From Azolla caroliniana (lineage: Eukaryota; Plantae; Polypodiophyta), in the NCBI GenBank assembly GCA_043228905.1, contig JBHGNT010000102.1, positions 1 through 64,000 of the forward strand: DNA of 64,000 bases, in the 5' to 3' direction. The notes below the pieces were generated by a model, which was not told where the DNA came from, did not search any database, and saw nothing but the letters and a program-made list of their open reading frames with translations. Within the stretch, counting starts at the first letter, position 1, and the number at the start of each line of letters is the position of its first letter. Positions 1 through 12,550 of this stretch are shown here, piece after piece. Made by a program: the position numbers and the translations under genes.

Positions 1-3000
1 ACCTGAGTTTCAAAATCTCGATTTTCTAGTTCCATATAATAGCTAGCGTTGTTAGATTCGATAGGAATGTTTGAACACAAAAATACGATATCACACGAGC
101 CAGGTATGAACATTTTAATTTACTCAAGGGCTCCTCTCAACTCCCTCCTCAAGATTGCTAATTTCTTCATGTCTCTCGACCTGAGTTTCAAAATCTTGAT
201 TTCTTAATACCATATAATAGCTAGCGTGGTTAGCTACGATTCGCATGTTTGAACACAAAAATCCGATATTACACGAGCCAGGTATGAACATTTTAATTTA
301 CTCAAGGGCTCCTCTCAACTCCCTCCTCAAGGTTGCTAATTTCTTCATATCTTTCGACCTGAGTTTCAAAATCTTGATTTTCTAGTTCCATATAATAGCT
401 AGCGTTGTTAGCTTCGATTCGCATGTTTGAACACACAAATCCGATATCACACGAGCCAGGTCTGAACATTTTAATTTACTCAAGGGCTCCTCTCAATTCC
501 CTCCTCAAGATTGCTAATTTCTTCATATCTCTCGACCTGAGTTTCAAAATCTTGATTATTTAGTTCCATTTAATAGCTAGCGTTGTTAGCTTCGATACGA
601 ATGTTTGAACACACATATCCGATATCACATGACCCAGGTATAAACACATAAATCCGATACGAATGTTTGAACACATAAATCCGATATCACACTCGCCAGG
701 TATGAACATTTTAATTTACTCAAGGGCTCCTCTCAACTCCCTCCTCAAATTTGGTAATTTCGTCATGTCTCTCGACCTGAGTTTCAAAATCTTGATTTTC
801 TAGTTCCATATAATAACTAGCGTTGTTAGCTTCGATACGTATGTTTGAACATAAAAACCCAATATCACACGAGCCAGGTATGAACATTTTAATTTACTCA
901 AGGGCTCCTCTCAACTCCCTCCTCAAATTTGGTAATTTCGTCATGTCTCTCGACCTGAGTTTCAAAATCTTGATTTTTTAATACCATATAATAGCTAGCG
1001 TTGTTAGCATCGATACGAATGTTTGAACACACAAATCCGATATCACACGAGCCAGGTATGAACATTTTAATTTACTCAAGGGCTCCTCTCAACTCCCTCC
1101 TCAAGTTTGCTAATTTCTTCATATCTCTCGACCTGAGTTTCAAAATCTTGATTTTTTAATACCATATAATAGCAAGCGTTGTTAGCTTCGATTCGCATGT
1201 TTGAACACAAAAATCCGATATCACACGAGCCAGGTATGAACATTTTAATTTACTCAAGGGCTCCTCTCAACTCCCTCCTCAAATTTGGTAATTTCGTCAT
1301 GTCTCTCGACCTTAGTTTCAAAATCTTGATTATTTAGTTCCATTTAATAGCTAGCGTTGTTAGCTTCGATACGAAGGTTTGAACACACATATCCGATATC
1401 ACATGACCCAGGTATAAACATTTTAATTTACTCAAGGGCTCCTCTCAACTCCCTCCTCAAATTTGGTAATTTCTTCATATCTCTCGACCTTAGTTTCAAA
1501 ATCTTGATTATTTAGTTCCATTTAATAGCTAGCGTTGTTACCTTCGATACGAATGTTTGAACACACATATCCGATATCACACGACCCCGGTATAAACATT
1601 TTAATTTACTCAAGGGCTCCTCTCAACTCCCTCCTCAAGATTGCTAATTTCTTCATGTCTCTCGACCTGAGTTTCGAAATCTTGATTTTTTAGTTCCATA
1701 CAATAGCTAGCATTGTTAGCTTCGATTCGCATGTTTGAACACAAAAATCCGATATCACACGAGCCAGGTATGAACATTGTAATGTACTCAAGGGCTCCTC
1801 TCAACTCACTCCTCAAATTAGGTAATTTCGTCATGTCTCTCTACCTGAGTTTCAAAATCTTGATTTTTTAATAACATGTCATAGCTAGCGTTGTGAGCTT
1901 CGATTCGCATGTTTGAACACAAAAATCCGATATCACACGAGCCAGGTATAAACATTTTAATATACTCAAGTGCTCCTCTCAACTCCCTCCTCAAGATTGC
2001 TAATTTCTTCATATCTCTCGACCTGAGTTTCAAAATCTTGATTTTTTAGTTCCATATAATAGCTAGCATTGTTAGCTTCGATTCGCATGTTTGAACACAA
2101 AAATCCGATATCACACGAGCCAGGTATAAACATTTTAATGTACTCAAGGGCTCCTCTCAACTCCCTCCTCAAGATTGCTAATTTCTTCATATTTCTCGAC
2201 CTGAGTTTCAAAATCTTGATTTTTTAGTTCCATATAATAGCTAGCGTTGTTAGCTTGATTCGCATGTTTGAACACAAAAATCCGATATCACACGAGCCAG
2301 GTATGAACATTTTAATTTACCTACTAGGTCGTCTCAACTCAGTCCTCAAATTAGGTAATTTCGTCATGTCTCTCGACCTGAGTTTCAAAATCTTGATTTC
2401 TTAATACCATGTCATAGCTAGCGTTGTTAGCTTCGATTCGCATGTTTGAACACAAAAATCCGATATCACACGCGCCAGGTATACACATTTTAATTTACTC
2501 AAGGGCTCCTCTCAACTCCCTCCTCAAGATTGCTAATTTCTTCATATCTCTCGACCTGAGTTTCAAAATCTTGATTTTTTAGTTCCATACAATAGCTAGC
2601 ATTGTTAGCTTCGATTCGCATGTTTGAACACAAAAATCCGATATCACACGAGCCAGGTATGAACATTGTAATGTACTCAAGGGCTCCTCTCAACTCACTC
2701 CTCAAATTAGGTAATTTCGTCATGTCTCTCTACCTGAGTTTCAAAATCTTGATTTTTTAATAACATGTCATAGCTAGCGTTGTGAGCTTCGATTCGCATG
2801 TTTGAACACAAAAATCCGATATCACACGAGCCAGGTATAAACATTTTAATATACTCAAGTGCTCCTCTCAACTCCCTCCTCAAGATTGCTAATTTCTTCA
2901 TATCTCTCGACCTGAGTTTCAAAATCTTGATTTTTAAGTTCCATATAATAGCTAGCATTGTTAGCTTCGATTCGCATGTTTGAACACAAAAATCCGATAT

Positions 3001-6000
3001 CACACGAGCCAGGTATAAACATTTTAATGTACTCAGGGGCTCCTCTCAACTCCCTCCTCAAGATTGCTAATTTCTTCATATTTCTCGACCTGAGTTTCAA
3101 AATCTTGATTTTTTAGTTCCATATAATAGCTAGCGTTGTTAGCTTGATTCGCATGTTTGAACACAAAAATCCGATATCACACGAGCCAGGTATGAACATT
3201 TTAATTTACCTACTAGGTCGTCTCAACTCAGTCCTCAAATTAGGTAATTTCGTCATGTCTCTCGACCTGAGTTTCAAAATCTTGATTTTTTAATACCATG
3301 TCATAGCTAGCGTTGTTAGCTTCGATTCGCATGTTTGAACACAAAAATCCGATATCACACGCGCCAGGTATGAACATTTTAATGTACTCAAGGGCTCCTC
3401 TCAACTCCCTCCTCAAGATTGCTAATTTCTTCATATCTCTCGACCTGAGTTTCAAAATCTTGATTTTTTAGTTCCATATAATAGCTAGCATTGTTAGCTT
3501 CGATTCGCATGTTTGAACACAAAAATCCGATATCACACGCGCCAGGTATGAACATTTTAATGTACTCAAGGGCTCCTCTCAACTCCCTCCTCAAGATTGC
3601 TAATTTCTTCATATCTCTCGACCTGAGTTTCAAAATCTTGATTTTTTAGTTCCATATAATAGCTAGCATTGTTAGCTTCGATTCGCATGTTTGAACACAA
3701 AAATCCGATATCACACGAGCCAGGTATAAACATTTTAATGTACTCAAGTGCTCCTCTCAACTCCCTCCTCAAGATTGCTAATTTCTTCATATTTCTCGAC
3801 CTGAGTTTCAAAATCTTGATTTTTTAGTTCCATATAATAGCTAGCGTTGTTAGCTTGATTCGCATGTTTGAACACAAAAATCCGCTATCACACGAGCCAG
3901 GTATGAACATTTTAATGTACTCAAGGGCTCCTTTCAACTCCCTCCTCAAGATTGCTAATTTCTTCATATCTCTCGACCTGAGTTTCAAAATCTTGATTTT
4001 TTAGTTCCATATAATAGCTAGCATTGTTAGCTTCGATTCGCATGTTTGAACACAAAAATCCGATATCACACGAGCCAAGTATGAACATTGTAATGTACTC
4101 AAGGGCTCCTCTCAACTCACTCCTCAAATTAGGTAATTTCGTCATGTCTCTCTACCTGAGTTTCAAAATCTTGATTTTTTAATAACATGTCATAGCTAGC
4201 GTTGTGAGCTTCGATTCGCATGTTTGAACACAAAAATCCGATATCACACGAGCCAGGTATGAACATTTTAATGTACTCAAGGGCTCCTCTCAACTCCCTC
4301 CTCAAGATTGCTAATTTCTTCATATCTCTCGACCTGAGTTTCAAAATCTTGATTTTTTAGTTCCATATAATAGCTAGCATTGTTAGCTTCGATTCGCATG
4401 TTTGAACACAAAAATCCGATATCACACGTGCCAAGTATGAACATTGTAATGTACTCAAGGGCTCCTCTCAACTCCCTCCTCAAGATTGCTAATTTCTTCA
4501 TGTCTCTCGACCTCAATTTTAAAATCATGATTTTTTAATACCATATCATAGCTAGCGTTGTGAGCTTCGATTCGCATGTTTGAACACAAAAATCCGATAT
4601 CACACGAGCCAGGTATGAACATTTTAATTTACTCAAGGGCTCCTCTCAACTCCCTCCTCAAGATTGCTAATTTCTTCATATCTCTCGACCTGAGTTTCAA
4701 AATCTTGATTTTTTAGTTCTATATAATAGCTAGCATTGTTAGCTTCGATTCGCATGTTTGAACACAAAAATCCGATATCACACGAGCCAGGTATGAACAT
4801 TGTAATGTACTCAAGGGCTCCTCTCAACTCACTCCTCAAATTAGGTAATTTCGTCATGTCTCTCTACGTGAGTTTCAAAATCTTGATTTTTTAATAACAT
4901 GTCATAGCTAGCATTGTGAGCTTCGATTCGCATGTTTGAACACAAAAATCCGATATCACACGAGCCAGGTATAAACATTTTAATATACTCAAGTGCTCCT
5001 CTCAACTCCCTCCTCAAGATTGCTAATTTCTTCATATCTCTCGACCTGAGTTTCAAAATCTTGATTTTTTAGTTCCATATAATAGCTAGCATTGTTAGCT
5101 TCGATTCGCATGTTTGAACACAAAAATCCGATATCACACGTGCCAGGTATAAACATTTTAATGTACTCAAGGGCTCCTCTCAACTCCCTCCTCAAGATTG
5201 CTAATTTCTTCATGTCTCTCGACCTCAATTTCAAAATCATGATTTTTTAATACCATATCATAACTAGCGTTGTGAGCTTCGATTCGCATGTTTGAACACA
5301 AAAATCCGATATCACACGGGCCAGGTATGAACATTTTAATGTACTCAAGGGCTCCTCTCAACTCCCTCCTCAAGATTGCTAATTTCTTCATATTTCTCGA
5401 CCTGAGTTTCAAAATCTTGATTTTTTAGTTCCATATAATAGCTAGCGTTGTTAGCTTGATTCGCATCTTTGAACACAAAAATCCGATATAACACGAGCCA
5501 GGTATGAACATTTTAATTTACCTACTAGGTTTTCTCAACTCACTCCTCCAATTTGGTAATTTCGTCATGTCTCTCGACCTGAGTTTCAAAATCATGATTT
5601 TTTAATACCATATCATAGCTAGCGTTGTTAGCTTCGATTCGCATGTTTGAACACAAAAATCCGATATCACACGAGCCAGGTATGAACATTTTAATTTACT
5701 CAAGGGCTCCTCTCAACTCCCTCCTCAAGATTGCTAATTTCTTCATGTCTCTCGACCTGAGTTTCAAAATCTTGACTTTTTAGTTCCATATCATAGCTAG
5801 CGTTGTTAGCTTCGATTCGCATGTTTGAACACAAAAATCCGATATCACACGGGCCAGGTATGAACATTTTAATTTACTCAATGGCTCCTCTCAACTCCCT
5901 CCTCAAGATTGCTAATTTCTTCATATCTCTCGACCTGAGTTTCAAAATCTTGATTTTTTAGTTCCATATGATAGCTAGCGTTGTTAGCTTCGATTCGCAT

Positions 6001-6830
6001 GTTTGAACACAAAAATCCGATATCACACGAGCCAGGTATGAACATTTTAATGTACTCAAGGGCTCCTCTAAACTCCCTCCTCAAGATTGCTAATTTCTTC
6101 ATATCTCTCGACCTGAGTTTCAAAATCCTTATTTTCTAGTTCCATATAATAGCTAGCGTTGTTAGCTTTGATTCGCATGTTTGAACACAAAAATCCGATA
6201 TCACATGAGCCAGGTATGAACATTTTAATTTACTCAAGGGCTCCTCTCAACTCCCTCCTCAAGTTTGCTAATTTCTTCATGTCTCTCGACCTGAGTTTCA
6301 AAATCTTGATTTTTTAGTTCCATAGAATAGCTAGCATTGTTAGCTTCGATTCGCATGTTTGAACACAAAAATCCGATATCACACGCGCCAGGTATGAACA
6401 TTTTAATGTACTCAAGGGCTCCTCTCAATTCCCTCCTCAAGATTGCTAATTTCTTCATATCTCTCGACCTGAGTTTCAAAATCTTGATTTTTTAGTTCCA
6501 TATCATAGCTAGCGTTGTTAGCTTCGATTCACATGTTTGAACACAAAAATCCGATATCACACGAGCCATGTATGAACATTTTAATTTACTCAAGGGCGCC
6601 TCTCAACTCCCTCCTCAAGTTTGCTAATTTCTTCATATCTCTCTACCTGAGTTTCAAAATCTTGATTTTCTAGTTCCATATAATAGCTAGCGTTGTTAGC
6701 TTCGATTCGCATGTTTGAACACACAAATCCGATATCACACGAGCCAGGTATGAACATTTTAATTTACTCAAGGGCTCCTCTCAACTCCCTCCTCAAGATT
6801 GCTAGTTTCTTCATATCTCTCGACCTCAGT
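1..6830 (+). repeat. Satellite subfamily A (~38 monomers)
   Basis: Diagnostic variants TCAAGGGCTCCTCTC, CAAGATTGC, CATATCTC, TTAGTTCCATATAATAGC and GCGTTG. 1-~1600 is more divergent (GATACGAATG, AAATTTGGTA, GATTATTTAG). Confidence 0.9.
1600..3360 (+). repeat. 889-bp 5-mer higher-order repeat, 2 tandem copies (includes a 177-bp monomer); related 712-bp 4-mer copies at ~3920-5170
   Basis: ORF offsets 1610/2499, 1818/2707 and 1966/2855 equal 889. The CTACTAGGTCG variant is at 2321 and 3210, with the 1-bp deletion TAGCTTGATTC. Offsets 3921/4633 and 4129/4841 equal 712. Confidence 0.85.
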
Positions 6831-6949
6831 TTCAAAATCTTGATTTTTTAATTCCATGTCATAGCTAGGGTTGTGAGCTTCGATTCGTAACTTTGAACAC
6901 AAAAATCCGATATCACACGAGCCAGGTATGACCATTTTAATTTACTCAC

Positions 6950-9900
6950 GGGCTCTTGTCAACGCCCTCCTCAAATTTGCTAATTTCTTCATGTCTCTCG
7001 ACCTGAGTTTCCAAATCTTGATTTTTAAATTCAATAAGATAGCTAGCTTTGTTAGCTTCGATTTGCATGTTTGATCACAAAAATCCATTATCACACGAGC
7101 CAGGTATGAACATTTTAATTTCGTCACGGGCTCTTCTCAAGTCCCTCCTAAAATTTGCTAATTTCTTCATGTCTCTCGACCTGAGTATCAAAATCTTGAT
7201 TTTTTAATTCCATACGATAGCTAGCGTTGTTAGCTTCGATTCGCATCTTTGAACACAAAAATCCGATATCACACGAGCCAGGTATGACCATTTTAATTTA
7301 CTCACGGGCTCTTCTCAAGTCCCTCCTCAAATTGGCTAATTCCTTCATGTCTCTCGACCTGAGTTTCAAAATCTTGATTTTTTAATTCCATAGGATAGCT
7401 AGGGTTGTGAGCTTCGATTTGCATGTTTGATCACAAAAATCCATTATCACACGAGCCAGGTATGACGATTTTAATTTACTCACGGGCTCTTGTCAACTCC
7501 CTCCTCAAATTTGCTAATTTCTTCATGTCTCTTGACTTGAGTTTCAAAGTCTTGATTTCTTAATTCCATGTCATAGCTACGGTTGTGAGCTTCGATTCGC
7601 ATGTTTGAACACAAAAATCCGATATCACACGAGCCAGGTATGACCACTTTAATTTACTCAGAGGCTCTTCTCAAGTCCCTCCTCAAATTGGCTAATTCCT
7701 TCATGTCTCTCGACCTGAGTTTCAAAATCTTGATTTTTTAATTCCATAAGATAGCTAGGGTTGTGAGCTTCGATTTGCATGTTTGATCACAAAAATCCAT
7801 TATCACACGAGCCAGGTATGAACATTTTAATTTACTCAGGGGCTCTTTTCAACTCCCTCCTCAAATTTGCTAATTTCTTCATGTCTCTTGACCTGAGTTT
7901 CAAAATCTTGATTTTTTAATTCCATGTCATAGCTAGGGTTGTGAGCTTCGATTCGTAACTTTGAACACAAAAATCCGATATCACACGAGCCAGGTATGAC
8001 CATTTTAATTTACTCACGGGCTCTTGTCAACGCCCTCCTCAAATTTGCTAATTTCTTCATGTCTCTCGACCTGAGTTTCCAAATCTTGATTTTTAAATTC
8101 AATAAGATAGCTAGCTTTGTTAGCTTCGATTTGCATCTTTGAACACAAAAATCCGATATCACACGAGCCAGGTATGACCATTTTAATTTACTCACGGGCT
8201 CTTCTCAAGTCCCTCCTCAAATTGGCTAATTCCTTCATGTCTCTCGACCTGAATTTCAAAATCTTGATTTTTTAATTCCATAAGATAGCTAGGGTTGTGA
8301 GCTTCGATTTGCATGTTTGATCACAAAAATCCATTATCACACGAGCCAGGTATGACCATTTTAATTTACTCACGGGCTCTTCTCAAGTCCCTCCTCAAAT
8401 TTGCTAATTTCTTCATGTCTCTCGACCTGAGTTTCCAAATCTTGATTTTTAAATTCAATAAGATAGCTAGCTTTGTTAGCTTCGATTCGCATCTTTGAAC
8501 ACAAAAATCCGATATCACACGAGCTAGGTATGACCATTTTAATTTACTCACGGGCTCTTGTCAAGTCCCTCCTCAAATTTGCTAATTCCTTCATGTCTCT
8601 CGACCTGAGGTTCAAAATCTTGATTTTTTAATTCCATGTCATAGCTAGCGTTGTTATCTTCGATTCGCATGTTTGAACACAAAAATCCGATATCACACGA
8701 GCCAGGTATGACCATTTTAATTTACTCACGGGTTCTTGTCAACTCCCTCCTCAAATTTGCTAATTTCTTCATGTCTCTCGACCCGAGTTTCAAAATCTTG
8801 ACTTTTTAATTCCATAAGATAGCTAGCGTTGTTAGCTTCGATTCGCATCTTTGAACACATCTTCGAGCCAGGTATGAACATTTTAATTTCGTCACGGGCT
8901 CTTGTCAACGCCCTCCTCAAATTTGCTAATTTCTTCATGTCTCTCGACCTGAGTTTCCAAATCTTGATTTTTAAATTCAATAAGATAGCTAGCTTTGTTA
9001 GCTTCGATTTGCATGTTTGATCACAAAAATCAGTTATCACACGAGCCAGGTATGAACATTTTAATTTCGTCACGGGCTCTTCTCAACTCCCTCCTAAAAT
9101 TTGCTAATTTCTTCATGTCTCTTGACCTGAGTTTCAAAATCTTGATTTTTTAATTCCATACGATAGCTAGCGTTGTTAGCTTCGATTCGCATCTTTGAAC
9201 ACAAAAATCCGATATCACACGAGCCAGGTATGACCATTTTAATTTACTCACGGGCTCTTCTCAAGTCCCTCCTCAAATTGGCTAATTCCTTCATGTCTCT
9301 CGACCTGAGTTTCAAAATCTTGATTTTTTAATTCCATAGGATAGCTAGGGTTGTGAGCTTCGATTTGCATGTTTGATCACAAAAATCCATTATCACACGA
9401 GCCAGGTATGACGATTTTAATTTACTCACGGGCTCTTGTCAACTCCCTCCTCAAATTTGCTAATTTCTTCATGTCTCTTGACTTGAGTTTCAAAGTCTTG
9501 ATTTCTTAATTCCATGTCATAGCTACGGTTGTGAGCTTCGATTCGCATGTTTGAACACAAAAATCCGATATCACACGAGCCAGGTATGACCACTTTAATT
9601 TACTCAGAGGCTCTTCTCAAGTCCCTCCTCAAATTGGCTAATTCCTTCATGTCTCTCGACCTGAGTTTCAAAATCTTGATTTTTTAATTCCATAAGATAG
9701 CTAGGGTTGTGAGCTTCGATTTGCATGTTTGATCACAAAAATCCATTATCACACGAGCCAGGTATGAACATTTTAATTTACTCAGGGGCTCTTTTCAACT
9801 CCCTCCTCAAATTTGCTAATTTCTTCATGTCTCTTGACCTGAGTTTCAAAATCTTGATTTTTTAATTCCATGTCATAGCTAGGGTTGTGAGCTTCGATTC

Positions 9901-10840
9901 GTAACTTTGAACACAAAAATCCGATATCACACGAGCCAGGTATGACCATTTTAATTTACTCACGGGCTCTTGTCAACGCCCTCCTCAAATTTGCTAATTT
10001 CTTCATGTCTCTCGACCTGAGTTTCCAAATCTTGATTTTTAAATTCAATAAGATAGCTAGCTTTGTTAGCTTCGATTTGCATCTTTGAACACAAAAATCC
10101 GATATCACACGAGCCAGGTATGACCATTTTAATTTACTCACGGGCTCTTCTCAAGTCCCTCCTCAAATTGGCTAATTCCTTCATGTCTCTCGACCTGAAT
10201 TTCAAAATCTTGATTTTTTAATTCCATAAGATAGCTAGGGTTGTGAGCTTCGATTTGCATGTTTGATCACAAAAATCCATTATCACACGAGCCAGGTATG
10301 ACCATTTTAATTTACTCACGGGCTCTTCTCAAGTCCCTCCTCAAATTTGCTAATTTCTTCATGTCTCTCGACCTGAGTTTCCAAATCTTGATTTTTAAAT
10401 TCAATAAGATAGCTAGCTTTGTTAGCTTCGATTCGCATCTTTGAACACAAAAATCCGATATCACACGAGCTAGGTATGACCATTTTAATTTACTCACGGG
10501 CTCTTGTCAAGTCCCTCCTCAAATTTGCTAATTCCTTCATGTCTCTCGACCTGAGGTTCAAAATCTTGATTTTTTAATTCCATGTCATAGCTAGCGTTGT
10601 TATCTTCGATTCGCATGTTTGAACACAAAAATCCGATATCACACGAGCCAGGTATGACCATTTTAATTTACTCACGGGTTCTTGTCAACTCCCTCCTCAA
10701 ATTTGCTAATTTCTTCATGTCTCTCGACCCGAGTTTCAAAATCTTGACTTTTTAATTCCATAAGATAGCTAGCGTTGTTAGCTTCGATTCGCATCTTTGA
10801 ACACATCTTCGAGCCAGGTATGAACATTTTAATTTCGTCA
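6950..10840 (+). repeat. 1946-bp 11-mer HOR, 2 tandem copies (10x178 + 166)
   Basis: ORF offsets 8010/9956, 8366/10312 and 8726/10672 equal 1946. The 12-bp-deleted monomer is at 8860 and 10806, and GTAACTTTG at 7956 and 9902. Confidence 0.88.
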
Positions 10841-12550
10841 CGGGCTCTTCTCAACTCCCTCCTCAAATTTGCTAATTTCTTCATGTCTCTCGACCTGAGT
10901 TTCAAAATCTTGATTTTTTAATTCCATAAGATAGCTAGGGTTGAGAGCTTAGATTTGCATTTTTGATCACAAAAATCCATTATCACACGAGCCAGGTATG
11001 AATATTTTAATTTACTCACGGGCTCTTTTCAACTCCCTCCTCAAATTTGCTAATTTCTTCATGTCTCTTGACCTGAGTTTCAAAATCTTGATTTTTTAAT
11101 TCCATGTCATAGCTAGGGTTGTGAGCTTCGATTCGCATGTTTGAACAGAAAAATCCGATATCACACGAGCCAGGTATGACCATTTTAATTTACTCACGGG
11201 CTCTTCTCAAGTCCCTCCTCAAATTGGCTAATTCCTTCATGTCTCTCGACCTGAGTTTCCAAATCTTGATTTTTAAATTCAATAAGATAGCTAGCTTTGT
11301 TAGCTTCGATTTGCATCTTTGAACACAAAAATCCGATATCACACGAGCCAGGTATGACCATTTTAATTTACTCACGGGCTCTTCTCAAGTCCCTCCTCAA
11401 ATTGGCTAATTCCTTCATGTCTCTCGACCTGAATTTCAAAATCTTGATTTTTTAATTCCATAAGATAGCTAGGGTTGTGAGCTTCGATTTGCATGTTTGA
11501 TCACAAAAATCCATTATCACACGAGCCAGGTATGACCATTTTAATTTACTCACGGGCTCTTCTCAAGTCCCTCCTCAAATTTGCTAATTTCTTCATGTCT
11601 CTCGACCTGAGTTTCCAAATCTTGATTTTTAAATTCAATAAGATAGCTAGCTTTGTTAGCTTCGATTCGCATCTTTGAACACAAAAATCCGATATCACAC
11701 GAGCTAGGTATGACCATTTTAATTTACTCAAGGGCTCTTGTCAAGTCCCTCCTCAAATTTGCTAATTCCTTCATGTCTCTCGACCTGAGGTTCAAAATCT
11801 TGATTTTTTAATTCCATGTCATAGCTAGCGTTGTTATCTTCGATTCGCATGTTTGAACACAAAAATCCGATATCACACGAGCCAGGTATGACCATTTTAA
11901 TTTACTCACGGGTTCTTGTCAACTCCCTCCTCAAATTTGCTAATTTCTTCATGTCTCTCGACCCGAGTTTCAAAATCTTGACTTTTTAATTCCATAAGAT
12001 AGCTAGCGTTGTTAGCTTCGATTCGCATCTTTGAACACATCTTCGAGCCAGGTATGAACATTTTAATTTCGTCACGGGCTCTTCTCAACTCCCTCCTCAA
12101 ATTTGCTAATTTCTTCATGTCTCTCGACCTGAGTTTCAAAATCTTGATTTTTTAATTCCATAAGATAGCTAGGGTTGAGAGCTTAGATTTGCATGTTTGA
12201 TCACAAAAATCCATTATCACACGAGCCAGGTATGAATATTTTAATTTACTCACGGGCTCTTTTCAACTCCCTCCTCAAATTTGCTAATTTCTTCATGTCT
12301 CTTGACCTGAGTTTCAAAATCTTGATTTTTTAATTCCATGTCATAGCTAGGGTTGTGAGCTTCGATTCGCATGTTTGAACAGAAAAATCCGATATCACAC
12401 GAGCCAGGTATGACCATTTTAATTTACTCACGGGCTCTTCTCAAGTCCCTCCTCAAATTGGCTAATTCCTTCATGTCTCTCGACCTGAGTTTCCAAATCT
12501 TGATTTTTAAATTCAATAAGATAGCTAGCTTTGTTAGCTTCGATTTGCAT
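10020..12550 (+). repeat. 1234-bp 7-mer HOR, 2 tandem copies (6x178 + 166), overlapping the 11-mer
   Basis: Offsets 10259/11493, 10672/11906 and 11137/12371 equal 1234. The deletion scar is at 10806 and 12040, and GTTGAGAGCTTAG and GAACAGAAA are shared. Confidence 0.87.
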
